A DNA stretch of 64,000 bases from Thermoanaerobaculia bacterium (GCA_963664405.1 OY761158.1:3136001-3200000); one strand, 5' to 3'. Counted from the first letter of the stretch, positions 41,442-51,768 are shown. Notes: generated from the letters alone by a model not told the origin. Numbers and translations are program-made.

Positions 41442-42831
41442 GGCAGCAGCTGCGATGAAAGGCCAACTCATTTCGGGCAGCCCGGATCGCGTTTTCAGCG
41501 GGGCGGCGCTCGACTCTCGGGTGGTTTCCGGAGGCGAGCTCTTCTTTGCTCTCGAGGGAGAGCAGAGTGACGGGCATCGCTTCGTCGCAGACGCGGCCTC
41601 TCGGGGTGCGGTGGGCGCCGTCGTTGAGCGCTTATCGGAGGCTGCGCTTCCCGACGACTTTGGCCTGATTCGAGTTCCCTCGACCTTGGAGGCGCTGTAC
41701 GCTCTCACCCGCCATGTGCGTCAAGCGGTTCCGCGCCAGCTCGTCGGCGTCACCGGATCCGCCGGCAAGACTACGACCAAGACTCTCCTCGCGGCGATGC
41801 TGGCCGAAGAGTTCTCCACCGCTTCGAGCCAGGGCAATTTGAACAATCTCTTCGGCTTCCCGCTGTCTCTCCTCTCCATCCCCGACGACTCGCAGTGGAT
41901 GGTGGCTGAGATGGGCATGTCAGAGCCCGGGGAGCTGGCGGGCGTGAGTCGCCTCGGGCGGCCGGACGTGGTGGTTCTCACCAATGTTGCTCCCGCCCAC
42001 CTCGCCGCTTTTGGAGAGGTTCGGGCGATTGCCGAGGCGAAGGCGGAGATTTTCGAGGGACTAGCTGAGCAGGGGACGGTGGTGGCGAACGCCGATGACC
42101 CGGAGATCGTGCGCATCACACTCCGTCATCGCTCCCGCAGTGGCTGTCGGGTGGCGTGGTGGAGCGCCAAGGGTCAGGCACCGGGTGAAGAACAGCCACA
42201 ACTCCTCGTGCGGAGCCTCGAATGCCCGGTGGCTGGGGAGCCCGGCAGCCGATTCGAGCTCTGGGCCGGAGCCGAGAGCGCCGAGCTGCGGCTTGATCTT
42301 CTCGGCCTTCACAATGTCGAGAACTGCCTTGCGGCGGCGACTGCAGCTCACCTGTGCGGAGTGAGTCTGGAGGCGATCGCAAGAGCGGTGGAGCAGGTGC
42401 AAGCAGCTCCGATGCGAGGCGTGATGGTCGATCTGGGTGTGGGTGCCAGAGTCTACGATGACTCCTACAATTCCAACCCCGAGGCGGTGGCCAGGGCTCT
42501 CACGGCGGCGGCCGACATTCCGGCCGGACGCCACTGGGCGATTCTTGGCGAGATGCTCGAGCTCGGCGAGGGTGCGGAGACCTTCCACCTCGAAGTGGGA
42601 CGTCGGGCTGCGAGCCTCGGTTTCGATCCGGTGGTGGGCGTCGGCGAGCTCGCCCGTGCGCTGGTCGTCGGCGCCGGCGAGAAGGGCGTACGGACCCACT
42701 GGTTCGCGACTGCCGCGGAGGCGGCGGACGCCGCCGAGGACGAGGTTCGCGCCGAAGACCTGCTACTGGTCAAGGGGTCCCGCGGTGTTGGGCTCGAGGT
42801 TGTCGTCGAGCGGCTCAGGAAAGACGGCTAG
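41419..42831 (+). CDS. murF: UDP-MurNAc-pentapeptide synthetase
   Basis: GVTGSAGKTTTK, EMGMS, DSYNSNP and LVKGSRG motifs. Confidence 0.95.
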   Translation: MARRRLSEAAAAMKGQLISGSPDRVFSGAALDSRVVSGGELFFALEGEQSDGHRFVADAASRGAVGAVVERLSEAALPDDFGLIRVPSTLEALYALTRHVRQAVPRQLVGVTGSAGKTTTKTLLAAMLAEEFSTASSQGNLNNLFGFPLSLLSIPDDSQWMVAEMGMSEPGELAGVSRLGRPDVVVLTNVAPAHLAAFGEVRAIAEAKAEIFEGLAEQGTVVANADDPEIVRITLRHRSRSGCRVAWWSAKGQAPGEEQPQLLVRSLECPVAGEPGSRFELWAGAESAELRLDLLGLHNVENCLAAATAAHLCGVSLEAIARAVEQVQAAPMRGVMVDLGVGARVYDDSYNSNPEAVARALTAAADIPAGRHWAILGEMLELGEGAETFHLEVGRRAASLGFDPVVGVGELARALVVGAGEKGVRTHWFATAAEAADAAEDEVRAEDLLLVKGSRGVGLEVVVERLRKDG

Positions 42832-42836
42832 GCAAG

Positions 42837-43910
42837 ATGCTGTATCACCTTCTCTTTCCGCTTCACGAGAGCTACGCGGCTTTCAACGTTTTCCGCTACA
42901 TCACTTTTCGCGCGGCGGGCGCAGCGCTCACAGCCTTGGTTCTCTCGCTGCTGCTCGGGCCGTGGGCCATCCGCACCTTGCGCCGGTTATCAGTAGGGCA
43001 GGAGATACGCGAGGAAGGCCCGAGGGCTCATCAGAGCAAGGCGGGAACGCCGACCATGGGTGGACTGCTCATCCTCTTCTCGCTAACCGTGCCAACTCTA
43101 CTCTGGGCCCAACTGAACAACAGCTACGTGTGGTTGGCAATGACCTCGACCCTGGCGTTTGGCGCCATCGGCTTCACCGACGATTTCCTCAAGGTCAAGC
43201 GGCGCAACAACAAAGGCCTCAGCGCGCGGGTGAAGCTCGCTCTCCAACTTCTCGTCGCCGTAGGCTTGGCCGCAGCCCTATTGGCGATCTCCTTCGACCA
43301 GACATTGGCTTTTCCCTTCCTCAAGAGGCTGGTCGTCGATCTCGGAGTCTTTTACATCGGTGTCGTGGTTTTGGTGTTGGTTTCCAGCACGAACGCGGTG
43401 AACCTGACCGACGGTCTCGACGGCCTGGCCATCGGTGCCACTCTCATCGTCGCCGCCACCTATGCGATCTTCACCTACATCGCCGGACATCGGGTCGTTG
43501 CTGAGTATCTGCAGGTGGTCCATGTGGCCGACGTTGGCGAGGTGGCTGTCTTCTGCAGTGCGCTCGTCGGCGCCAGCCTCGGCTTCCTGTGGTTCAACTG
43601 CCACCCGGCTGAGATGTTCATGGGCGATGTCGGCTCTCTGGCTATCGGTGGCGCGATCGGCACCGTCGCCATTCTTTCCAAGCAGGAGATCCTTCTGCTC
43701 GTTGCCGGGGGCCTGTTCGTACTCGAGGCTCTGTCGGTGATTCTCCAGGTGGGCTCTTTCAAGTCGCGTGGCCAGCGCGTTTTTCGCATGGCTCCGCTCC
43801 ATCATCACTTCGAGCTAAAAGGTTGGGAGGAGCCGAAGGTCATTGTTCGCTTCTGGATTCTGGCCATCCTCTTCGCCCTGCTCAGTCTGTCGACCCTGAA
43901 GCTGCGATGA
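42837..43910 (+). CDS. mraY: Phospho-MurNAc-pentapeptide transferase
   Basis: KAGTPTMGG, NAVNLTDGLDGL, FMGDVGS and APLHHHFE motifs. Confidence 0.97.
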   Translation: MLYHLLFPLHESYAAFNVFRYITFRAAGAALTALVLSLLLGPWAIRTLRRLSVGQEIREEGPRAHQSKAGTPTMGGLLILFSLTVPTLLWAQLNNSYVWLAMTSTLAFGAIGFTDDFLKVKRRNNKGLSARVKLALQLLVAVGLAAALLAISFDQTLAFPFLKRLVVDLGVFYIGVVVLVLVSSTNAVNLTDGLDGLAIGATLIVAATYAIFTYIAGHRVVAEYLQVVHVADVGEVAVFCSALVGASLGFLWFNCHPAEMFMGDVGSLAIGGAIGTVAILSKQEILLLVAGGLFVLEALSVILQVGSFKSRGQRVFRMAPLHHHFELKGWEEPKVIVRFWILAILFALLSLSTLKLR

Positions 43911-45280
43911 GGGTGCCATGGAGCGAGAAGGAGTGGGAGCGGGTGATGGTGTACGGATTGGGTCGCTCGGGGCTGGCCGCTGCCGCCTTCCTTCGCTCGC
44001 GAGGAGTGACTGTGGTCGGAGTTGATCGCCGCGAAGAGCTGGATCTGGGCTCCCTGGCCGGAGACCCGGGCTTGGAGCTGAGGCTGGGAGCGGCGTCGAC
44101 TCTGCCCGACGCGATCGACGCGGTGGTGCTGAGCCCCGGCGTTCCCCGTCAGCGGCCGATGGCCCGAGAGGCAGATGCCCGCGGCATTCCGGTGATCGCC
44201 GAAGTCGAGCTCGCCTTTCCCTTTCTCGACGGGCCGGTACTGGCGATCACGGGAAGTAACGGCAAGAGCACGACAGCGGCTCTGACATCCCAGATTCTTC
44301 GCTGCGCCGGTCTACCGGAAGTTCTCTGTGGCAATTTCGGCGAGCCTCTCTGCTCCAAGATTGACGGAGCGGTGGGGCGGATCTTCATCGTCGAGCTGTC
44401 CAGCTTCCAGCTGGAAAGTGTGCATCTATTCTCTGCTCAGGCCGCGGCTCTGCTGAACATCTCACCCGATCACCTCGATCGCTATCCAGACGTCGCCGCC
44501 TACGCCGCAGCCAAAGCGAGGGTCTTCGAGCGCCAGGGCACCGGTTCTACGGCTGTTCTCAACGCTGAGGATCAGCGGGTCATGGACACCCTGGGCGGAA
44601 TTGAGCATGCCCGTAAGCGCTTCTTCTCGCGCCGCCGCCGGGTGACGGACGGCTGTTATGCGGCGGATGGAGTGGTCGTCGAAGCTGCCCCTGGGAGCGA
44701 TGACGATGAGCTCTTTGCGATCGACGAGATTATTCTCGAGGGGACCCACAATCTCGAGAACGCGATGGCTGCCGCGCTTCTCGCCCGGGCCGTGGGTGCA
44801 CAGCGCCAGAGCGTACGTCGAGGAGTCGGCTCTTTTGCGGGTCTACCCCATCGGATGCAGAAGGTTTCGCAAAGTGGCGGGTTCAGCTGGTACGACGACT
44901 CGAAGGGAACCAATGTCGGTGCTACCCGCGAGTCGCTGGAGGGATTCCCCGGCCATAGCGTTCACCTCATTCTTGGCGGGCAGAGCAAAGGAGCGGACTT
45001 CCTCGAGCTGCGTGGAATCGTGGCGAGTAAGGCCCGAGCTGTGTACCTGATCGGAGAGGCGGCCGACGACATCGCCACCGCTCTCGAAGGTGCCGCACCC
45101 ATCGTTCGTGCCGGCACCTTGGACGAGGCGGTGCGCCAGGCCGCCGCCCGGGCCGAGGGGTCCGAGTCGGTCGTTCTGTCCCCGGCCTGCGCGAGCTTCG
45201 ATCAGTTTGACAGCTTCGAGCACAGAGGACGGCGCTTCCAACAGTTGGTTGCCGAGCTCGACGGAGCCTCAGATGCCTAA
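43907..45280 (+). CDS. murD: UDP-MurNAc-L-Ala:D-Glu ligase
   Basis: GLGRSG, ITGSNGKST, ELSSFQL, DSKGTN and SPACASFD motifs; ATGA overlap with mraY. Confidence 0.95.
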   Translation: MRVPWSEKEWERVMVYGLGRSGLAAAAFLRSRGVTVVGVDRREELDLGSLAGDPGLELRLGAASTLPDAIDAVVLSPGVPRQRPMAREADARGIPVIAEVELAFPFLDGPVLAITGSNGKSTTAALTSQILRCAGLPEVLCGNFGEPLCSKIDGAVGRIFIVELSSFQLESVHLFSAQAAALLNISPDHLDRYPDVAAYAAAKARVFERQGTGSTAVLNAEDQRVMDTLGGIEHARKRFFSRRRRVTDGCYAADGVVVEAAPGSDDDELFAIDEIILEGTHNLENAMAAALLARAVGAQRQSVRRGVGSFAGLPHRMQKVSQSGGFSWYDDSKGTNVGATRESLEGFPGHSVHLILGGQSKGADFLELRGIVASKARAVYLIGEAADDIATALEGAAPIVRAGTLDEAVRQAAARAEGSESVVLSPACASFDQFDSFEHRGRRFQQLVAELDGASDA

Positions 45281-46352
45281 GAAGAGGGCTTTTGACAGGC
45301 CGCTCTTTGCGGTTGTCGTCATCCTTCTGGGACTCGGCGTGGTGATGGTCTATTCGGCCAGTGCCCCGGACGAGGTGAGTGGTGGTGGTCTGGCCCCCTT
45401 CGCCAAGCAGGGATTGGCGTCTGCACTCGGTCTTCTGGCGATGGCGGTAGCGATGCACGTCGACTATCTCCAGCTCAAGCGCCCCGCTGTTCTCTACGGC
45501 ATCGTGCTCGGGGTCCTCGCCCTTCTCGTTGCCGTCCTTTTCGCCTCGCCTTTGAACAACACCAAACGGTGGTTCTTCATAGGCGGCATCTCGGTACAGC
45601 CCTCGGAGCTGGCGAAGATCGCCGTGGTCTTGTTTGTCGCCTATCACCTCGACAGGAAGGCGGAGAGCGTGAATCAGCCGGCGGTGCTGGTTCCCTGTGT
45701 CTCCTTCGGCCTCTTCTGCGTGGTGCTGATCTTGCTTCAACCCGACTTCGGCACTGCTGGGCTGATCCTGGGAATCGCGGGGCTGATGCTCTTTTATGGC
45801 GGCCTGGCCTGGCGCTATGCCCTCTTCGCCTCGCTGATCTCACTTCCCGCACTTTGGTTTCTGATCGTTCGCGTTCCCTACCGGCTAAAGCGCGTTCTCG
45901 CCCACTTGAACCCTGAAAGCGATCCCCTGGGAGCGGGCTTTCAGCCGCTCCAGTCGATGATCGCCGTCGGCTCGGGAGGAGTGCCGGGGCTCGGCCTGGG
46001 GCAGAGTGTGCAGAAGCTCTACTTTCTTCCTTTCGCTGAGTCGGACTTCATCTACTCGATTCTCGCGGAAGAGCTCGGGCTGTTCGGCTCGGTTGGTGTG
46101 CTTCTTCTCTTTTTGACGCTGTTCTGGCGTGGAATCCGTGCCGGCAACCGCGCGCCTGATGAGTTTGGCCGTTTTCTGGCCTGGGGCCTGTCGTCGTTGA
46201 TCCTGGTCCAGGCGCTCATCAATATCAGCGTTTCGGTGGCTCTATTGCCGACCACCGGCATGCCGCTGCCGTTGATCTCCTACGGCGGCTCGTCTCTCGT
46301 AACTACGCTCCTCGCCTGTGGCTTGGTGCTCAATGTTTCCCAGCACGGATGA
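45273..46352 (+). CDS. ftsW: SEDS peptidoglycan polymerase FtsW
   Basis: QPSELAK, QPDFG, SDFIY..LAEELG and LPLISYGGSS motifs. Confidence 0.95.
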   Translation: MPKKRAFDRPLFAVVVILLGLGVVMVYSASAPDEVSGGGLAPFAKQGLASALGLLAMAVAMHVDYLQLKRPAVLYGIVLGVLALLVAVLFASPLNNTKRWFFIGGISVQPSELAKIAVVLFVAYHLDRKAESVNQPAVLVPCVSFGLFCVVLILLQPDFGTAGLILGIAGLMLFYGGLAWRYALFASLISLPALWFLIVRVPYRLKRVLAHLNPESDPLGAGFQPLQSMIAVGSGGVPGLGLGQSVQKLYFLPFAESDFIYSILAEELGLFGSVGVLLLFLTLFWRGIRAGNRAPDEFGRFLAWGLSSLILVQALINISVSVALLPTTGMPLPLISYGGSSLVTTLLACGLVLNVSQHG

Positions 46353-47430
46353 TGATGTGGGCAAGAGGGCACTCTTGGCGGGCGGCGGCAGCGGGGGTCA
46401 TGTATTCCCAGCTCTGGCAGTCGCCGACGAGCTCGTGGAGCGAGGATGGCAAGTGAGCTTCGCCGGCACGGCAGAGGGTATGGAGGCGAGACTCGCGGCC
46501 TCGCGGGGCTTCGACTTTCACCCTCTCGCCGCATTGGCGGTACGTGGCCGCGGCCTGGGCCAGCGCTGGCGCGCCGCGAGAGTTGTGATGCGCTCGACCC
46601 TTCAGGCCCGCAACTTGGTACGGCGATTGGGGGCGGTTGCAGTGGTCGCTACCGGTGGCTATGCCTGTGTACCGGCGGCCCTGGGTGGCTTCCTGGCCCG
46701 GCGTCCGCTGTTGTTGGTAGAGCCGAACGCGATGCCGGGTCTGGCGAATCGATTTCTGTCGTTCTTCGCCAAACAGGCGGCAGTGGCTTGGGACGAGACC
46801 GGAAACCATCTGCACTGTCCTACCGAGCGCACCGGGGTGCCTGTGCGCCGCGAATTCTTTGCTATCGAGGCGCCGACGACTTTGAGCGGAGAGATTCGTC
46901 TCTTGGTGCTGGGAGGCAGCCAGGGCGCACAGGCGCTCAACCGAGTCATCCCCGGAGTGCTCGAGACGCTGTCGCAGACTCTGGACCTTCGCATGCGCGT
47001 CGTTCACCAAGCCGGGCGAGGGAAAGTCGAGGAAACGAGGGCGGGCTACCAAGCCGGCCGAGTCGACGCCGAGGTCGTGGCCTTTCTCGAAGACGTTCCG
47101 ACCGCAATGTCGGAATCGGATCTCGTTCTCTCTCGCGCCGGTGCGATCACACTGGCGGAGATCTGTGCTGCCGGACGACCCGCGCTGCTCTTTCCGCTCG
47201 CACTCGCGGGCGCCCATCAGCTCCAGAACGCCCGTGCCCTCGAGCGGGTCGGTGCGGCCGAAGTAGTGGAGCCGGAGGGCCTGGAGCCGGAGCGTCTAGT
47301 TCAGGTGCTCACTGGACTCCTCGAGGACTCGCGCCTTCTGGAGATGGCTCACGCCTCCCGCGCATTGGCAGCGCCGGATGCCGCGAGCCGAATCGCCGAC
47401 CAGTTGGAAGGAATGGTGGGGGGGCGATGA
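46333..47430 (+). CDS. murG: Lipid II GlcNAc transferase
   Basis: GGGSGGHVFPA, TGGY, GGSQGA and RAGAIT motifs; start uncertain (46333 or 46357). Confidence 0.95.
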   Translation: MFPSTDDDVGKRALLAGGGSGGHVFPALAVADELVERGWQVSFAGTAEGMEARLAASRGFDFHPLAALAVRGRGLGQRWRAARVVMRSTLQARNLVRRLGAVAVVATGGYACVPAALGGFLARRPLLLVEPNAMPGLANRFLSFFAKQAAVAWDETGNHLHCPTERTGVPVRREFFAIEAPTTLSGEIRLLVLGGSQGAQALNRVIPGVLETLSQTLDLRMRVVHQAGRGKVEETRAGYQAGRVDAEVVAFLEDVPTAMSESDLVLSRAGAITLAEICAAGRPALLFPLALAGAHQLQNARALERVGAAEVVEPEGLEPERLVQVLTGLLEDSRLLEMAHASRALAAPDAASRIADQLEGMVGGR

Positions 47431-48815
47431 TGTTTCGGCACTTTGCCGGTCTGTCCCATGTCCACTTCGTGGGGGTAGGTGGAGCGGGCATGTGCGGCAT
47501 CGCCGAGGTGCTCCTGGACTATGACCTCGAGGTGAGCGGCTCGGACCTCGCCTCGAATGACACCACGTCGCGCTTGGCCGACCTAGGAGTAACGGTTTTC
47601 GAGGGCCACGACGCAGCCCATGTCGATACCGCGGACCTGGTCGTGATCTCCTCGGCGGTTCCGGCGGAGAACCCCGAAGTCAGAGCCGCGGTGGAACGGG
47701 GGATCCCGGTCGTACGCCGCGCCGAGATGCTGGCCGAGCTGATGCGCTTGAAGTACGGCATCGCGGTGGCCGGCTCCCACGGCAAGACCACGACCACATC
47801 GTTGGTTGGTCTTCTGCTCACTGAGGGAGGGCTCGACCCGACGGTGATCGTCGGCGGGCGATTGCGGGTCACTGGCACCGGTGCCCGGCTTGGTAAGAGT
47901 GATTACCTGGTAGCCGAGGCAGATGAGTTCGACCGTAGCTTCCTTAGTCTGGCGCCCATCATCGCGGTGCTGACCTCGATTGACAGGGAGCATTTGGACA
48001 CCTACCGCGATATGGAAGATATTCGGAGCGCGTTCGTCACCTTCGCGCAGAAGGTGCCCTTCTTCGGTCAGGTCATCGTGTGTCTCGACGACGCAGAGAT
48101 TCAGGAGATCCTGCCCCGATTGAAGGATCGCCGCGTAGTCACTTACGGCCTCTCGCCCCAGGCGGAGCTGGCGGCGGTCGATCTCGAGCTCGATGCCGAC
48201 GGTAGCTCATTCACCGTCAGGTCCCTCAAAGAGGGAGTGCTGGGTCGCATTCGACTGCCGATGCCGGGCTTGCACAACGTCAGGAACGCCCTCGCTGCGA
48301 TCGCTGTCGGCCTCGGTCTCGGTCTCGACTTCGACTCCTTCGCCACTTCCCTCGCGGGCTTCGGCGGCGTGCATCGACGCTTCGAGCGGCTCGGAGAGTG
48401 GTTGGGCGCTACCGTTATCGACGACTACGCGCACCACCCCACCGAAGTAGCGGCCACTCTCGAGGCAGCTCGGCAAGTCTTCCCCGAATCTCGCATACAC
48501 GTGGTTTTCCAGCCCCATCTCTTCAGCCGCACGCGTGACTTCGCGGACGACTTCGGCAGGGCCCTGATGGCGGCCGACGCGGCGGTGGTTACCGAGATCT
48601 ATGCATCTCGTGAGTCGCCGCTCACGGGTGTAGACGGTGAGCTCGTGGTGGCTGCCGCGCGCAGTTGTGGGCACAGGAACGTTCGCTTCTGTGGCGAGTG
48701 GCGTAATGCGGTTGAGATTCTCCGCTCGAGTGTCAAGCCCGGTGACGCGGTACTCACGCTCGGAGCCGGTGACGTCTATTTGCTTGCGCGCGAACTGGTG
48801 GAGGAGTCGTCGTGA
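47427..48815 (+). CDS. murC: UDP-MurNAc:L-Ala ligase
   Basis: HFVGVGGAGM, GSHGKTTT, EADEFD and DDYAHHPTE motifs; true start 47427, not 46446. Confidence 0.96.
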   Translation: MMFRHFAGLSHVHFVGVGGAGMCGIAEVLLDYDLEVSGSDLASNDTTSRLADLGVTVFEGHDAAHVDTADLVVISSAVPAENPEVRAAVERGIPVVRRAEMLAELMRLKYGIAVAGSHGKTTTTSLVGLLLTEGGLDPTVIVGGRLRVTGTGARLGKSDYLVAEADEFDRSFLSLAPIIAVLTSIDREHLDTYRDMEDIRSAFVTFAQKVPFFGQVIVCLDDAEIQEILPRLKDRRVVTYGLSPQAELAAVDLELDADGSSFTVRSLKEGVLGRIRLPMPGLHNVRNALAAIAVGLGLGLDFDSFATSLAGFGGVHRRFERLGEWLGATVIDDYAHHPTEVAATLEAARQVFPESRIHVVFQPHLFSRTRDFADDFGRALMAADAAVVTEIYASRESPLTGVDGELVVAAARSCGHRNVRFCGEWRNAVEILRSSVKPGDAVLTLGAGDVYLLARELVEESS

Positions 48816-49648
48816 GGATCGCTTCGGGCGAGTTCCTTCGTTTCAGCCATCCGCGTCGACGGCGGCGCTTGCATCCGGTAGCTCGCGACTTCGGGCGGGC
48901 TCTTCGCGTTGTGGCGGTGCTGGTCCCGCTGATGATCTTTGTCTACTGGTTGATTGCCGCCGAGACCTTTGCCCTCGCGGAGATCGAGATCAAGGAGAAC
49001 CCGCGAGTTCCCGCTTCGTGGATGCGGCGGGCGATCGAAGCCGAGCTTGGCGGCAATCTGGTGATCCTGCCGCTCAGCCGCGTGCGTGAGCGCCTTTCCG
49101 GCCACCCCTGGCTGGCGAATGTCGAGGTTCACAAGGAGCTTCCGGATCGCCTTTTCGTCGAGGTCGATGAGCGGCTGGCAGTGGCCGTTCTCGAAGCTGA
49201 AGACGGTGCCTACTTCATCGATGGCTCGGGTCGGCGTATCGCGTCGGTTCGACCCGGAGAGAGTGCGGTGGGGCTGTTGCGACTTGCGAGCGGCGGAAGC
49301 GGATCAGAAGTTCCTGCGCCGCTGGCGCTTCAGGAGAGGTTGTGTCTCGAGAAGGCGATTCAGCTGAGTCGCGCACTCGCCGACGCGGATCTCGAGAATT
49401 GGAGATCGAAGCTTCTCCGTATCGAAGTGGTGGGAGACGACGACTTTCGGCTCTTTGCCGAGAATCTTCCCTTTCCGGTGCTGGTGCGCTCGGCCAGTGT
49501 GGTGGCGGGGGCACGAGTGCTTGACGCTCTCCTGCCCGAGATTCTTGCTCGAACGAGCTCGGTGTACGAGGTGGATCTTCGCTTTCAGGGGCGAGTAGTG
49601 GTCAGACCTGAGATGAATGGCGATCGGCGACAACAGAAGGAGACGTGA
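48812..49648 (+). CDS. ftsQ: Cell division protein FtsQ/DivIB
   Basis: TM helix, POTRA-like region (PWL..V.V.K.LPD.L.V.V.ER) and C-terminal VDLRF. Confidence 0.85.
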   Translation: MRIASGEFLRFSHPRRRRRLHPVARDFGRALRVVAVLVPLMIFVYWLIAAETFALAEIEIKENPRVPASWMRRAIEAELGGNLVILPLSRVRERLSGHPWLANVEVHKELPDRLFVEVDERLAVAVLEAEDGAYFIDGSGRRIASVRPGESAVGLLRLASGGSGSEVPAPLALQERLCLEKAIQLSRALADADLENWRSKLLRIEVVGDDDFRLFAENLPFPVLVRSASVVAGARVLDALLPEILARTSSVYEVDLRFQGRVVVRPEMNGDRRQQKET

Positions 49649-51768
49649 GGGATATGCCCAAGCCTGAAAAATTTATTGTCGGAATCGATATCGGTTCTTC
49701 GAAAGTAGCCGTCTTGATCGCTATGCCGGGGGAGAACGGCGAGTTGGAGGTCGTAGGCAAGGGGCTCTCTCCCAATCGGGGGACCCGTCGCGGCAATATC
49801 GTCAACGTCGAGACGACGGTCGAGGCCTTGAAGCAGGCCTGCGAGGAGGCGGAGGTGATGGCCGGAGTCGAGATCTCCGAGGCCTTCGTCGGCGCGGCAG
49901 GGCCCGACGTACGCAGCGTGAACTCGAGAGGAATGGTCTCGGTTGCCCGCAAGGACCGCGAAATTACGCGTCAGGACATCGAGAGGGTGTTGGAGGCGGC
50001 CCAATCCGCGGCGTTGCCCTCGGATCGCGACATTCTCCACGCCATTCCCCAGGAGTTCGTGGTCGACGACCAGGGCGGGATAACGGATCCGCTGGGGATG
50101 CTCGGGAGTCGGCTCGAGGTCATGGTCCACTTGGTGACAGGTCACTCGACTCAATCGAAGACCCTGCTGACCTGCGTGAACCGAGCCGGGATCGAGGTGG
50201 TGGAGATCGTTTTCGAGCCGCTGGTGACCGCCCTTGCGGTGATGAGTCCCGACGAGCGCGAGCTTGGGGCCCTGCTGGTGGACATCGGGTCAGGCACCAC
50301 GGGCTATGCCTACTACTGCAACTCCGAGGTTCTCCACAGTGCAGTTCTTCCCATCGCGGCCGGCCACTTCACCAATGACTTGGCGATGGTCCTACGCACA
50401 CCCTTCGCCGAGGCAGAGGCCATCAAGGCGAAGAACGGCTGTTGTCTGGCGAGCCTTGTCGACTACGACGAAGGGATCTCGGTGCCGAGTGTCGGTGGCG
50501 GGGGCGCCAGGGTGGTGGCCCGACGCGAGTTGACCGAGATTCTGCAGCCGAGGGCGGAGGAGATTTTTCATCTGATTCGCGAAGACATCGCGAAGAGTTT
50601 GGGCGAGCCGAGCCTACGGGGTGGGATTGTGCTCACCGGCGGAGGGGCTCAGCTGGATGGGCTGATAGAGGTGGCGGAGCAGGTTTTCGATGCTACCGCC
50701 CGAGCGGGACTGCCCGGCGGTCTTGGAGGGCTGGTGGATGTCATTCATAGCCCGATCTGGTCGGCGGCTGCAGGTCTCCTTATTCACGGACAGGGAGTGT
50801 TGGCGAGTCGGCCGCAGCAGGGGAATCGAGGTTTCGGCGTACGGGCCATGGTGGGCAGTTTGCGAGGAATGTTCTCGGACCTGCATACGTTGACCGTCAA
50901 TGACGCCAAGGGGTCTCAGCCGTTCTTCTCTCTCGATCCAGAGCACAGCGACCTCGAGACCGCCGCCGCGGTACTTCTACCGATCCCCTACGAGCGCACG
51001 GCGAGCTGGCGGAAAGGTACTGCAGCAGGACCCGAGGCCATCCGCGAGGCCTCGGCGCACGTCGAGCTATGGGATCTCGACACCAACAGCGAGCCCTATC
51101 GCCATGGCATCGCTCAGGAGCAGGCGCTTAACTTTCAGGGTCCGGCCGACGAGCTCGCCAAGAGCGTCGAAGAACGAGTCGGGGGGGTCCTCGACCGCCG
51201 CCAGATCCCGATCGTGCTCGGCGGCGATCACTCGGTCTCCATCGGAGCGATCGCGGCAACTGCTAGGCGCTTCCCCAAGCTATCGGTGCTACAGATCGAC
51301 GCCCACGCCGACACTCGAGAGACTTATCAAGGATCGACCCACAGCCACGCCTGCGTCATGGCTCGGGCGCGGGAGCTCTGTCCCATCGTGCAAGTGGGTT
51401 TGCGCAGCGCCGACAAGGAGGAGCTGCCCGCGCTCGAAGCTGGCCGCGTGTTCTGGGCGAATGACATCGCTCGCGATCGCCGGGCGACCTGGATTCACAA
51501 GGCGGTCGAGCAGCTCAGCGAGGAGGTCTACGTCACCATCGACATCGACGCCTTCGACCCTGCCATAGTGCCAGCCACTGGAACCCCCGAGCCCGGCGGC
51601 CTCGACTGGTATCAGGTGAACGACCTCCTGGCCGCGACGGCTCGCCAAAGTCGCGTCGTGGCCTTCGACGTCGTCGAGCTGATGGGGGGACATGCGCCTT
51701 CGGCGTTCACCGCCGCCAAGCTCATCTACCGTTTCTTGGCGGAGATCCTGAGGGAGAAAGGGAAGTAA
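49645..51768 (+). CDS. ftsA: FtsA (codons 1-413) fused in frame to agmatinase (707 aa total)
   Basis: GIDIGSSK, VDIGSGTT and VLTGGG motifs and amphipathic tail ...GSLRGMFSDL, with no stop before the ureohydrolase domain. Confidence 0.9.
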   Translation: MRDMPKPEKFIVGIDIGSSKVAVLIAMPGENGELEVVGKGLSPNRGTRRGNIVNVETTVEALKQACEEAEVMAGVEISEAFVGAAGPDVRSVNSRGMVSVARKDREITRQDIERVLEAAQSAALPSDRDILHAIPQEFVVDDQGGITDPLGMLGSRLEVMVHLVTGHSTQSKTLLTCVNRAGIEVVEIVFEPLVTALAVMSPDERELGALLVDIGSGTTGYAYYCNSEVLHSAVLPIAAGHFTNDLAMVLRTPFAEAEAIKAKNGCCLASLVDYDEGISVPSVGGGGARVVARRELTEILQPRAEEIFHLIREDIAKSLGEPSLRGGIVLTGGGAQLDGLIEVAEQVFDATARAGLPGGLGGLVDVIHSPIWSAAAGLLIHGQGVLASRPQQGNRGFGVRAMVGSLRGMFSDLHTLTVNDAKGSQPFFSLDPEHSDLETAAAVLLPIPYERTASWRKGTAAGPEAIREASAHVELWDLDTNSEPYRHGIAQEQALNFQGPADELAKSVEERVGGVLDRRQIPIVLGGDHSVSIGAIAATARRFPKLSVLQIDAHADTRETYQGSTHSHACVMARARELCPIVQVGLRSADKEELPALEAGRVFWANDIARDRRATWIHKAVEQLSEEVYVTIDIDAFDPAIVPATGTPEPGGLDWYQVNDLLAATARQSRVVAFDVVELMGGHAPSAFTAAKLIYRFLAEILREKGK
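50890..51768 (+). CDS. speB: Agmatinase moiety (possible internal TTG start)
   Basis: GP.AIR.AS, GGDHS, IDAHAD, DIDAFD and GTPEPGG motifs. Confidence 0.9.
   Translation: MTVNDAKGSQPFFSLDPEHSDLETAAAVLLPIPYERTASWRKGTAAGPEAIREASAHVELWDLDTNSEPYRHGIAQEQALNFQGPADELAKSVEERVGGVLDRRQIPIVLGGDHSVSIGAIAATARRFPKLSVLQIDAHADTRETYQGSTHSHACVMARARELCPIVQVGLRSADKEELPALEAGRVFWANDIARDRRATWIHKAVEQLSEEVYVTIDIDAFDPAIVPATGTPEPGGLDWYQVNDLLAATARQSRVVAFDVVELMGGHAPSAFTAAKLIYRFLAEILREKGK

Noticed and set aside
46446-47426. Apparent 327-aa N-terminal extension of MurC
   Set aside because: It is an open alternative frame overlapping murG; MurC homology starts at ATG 47427.
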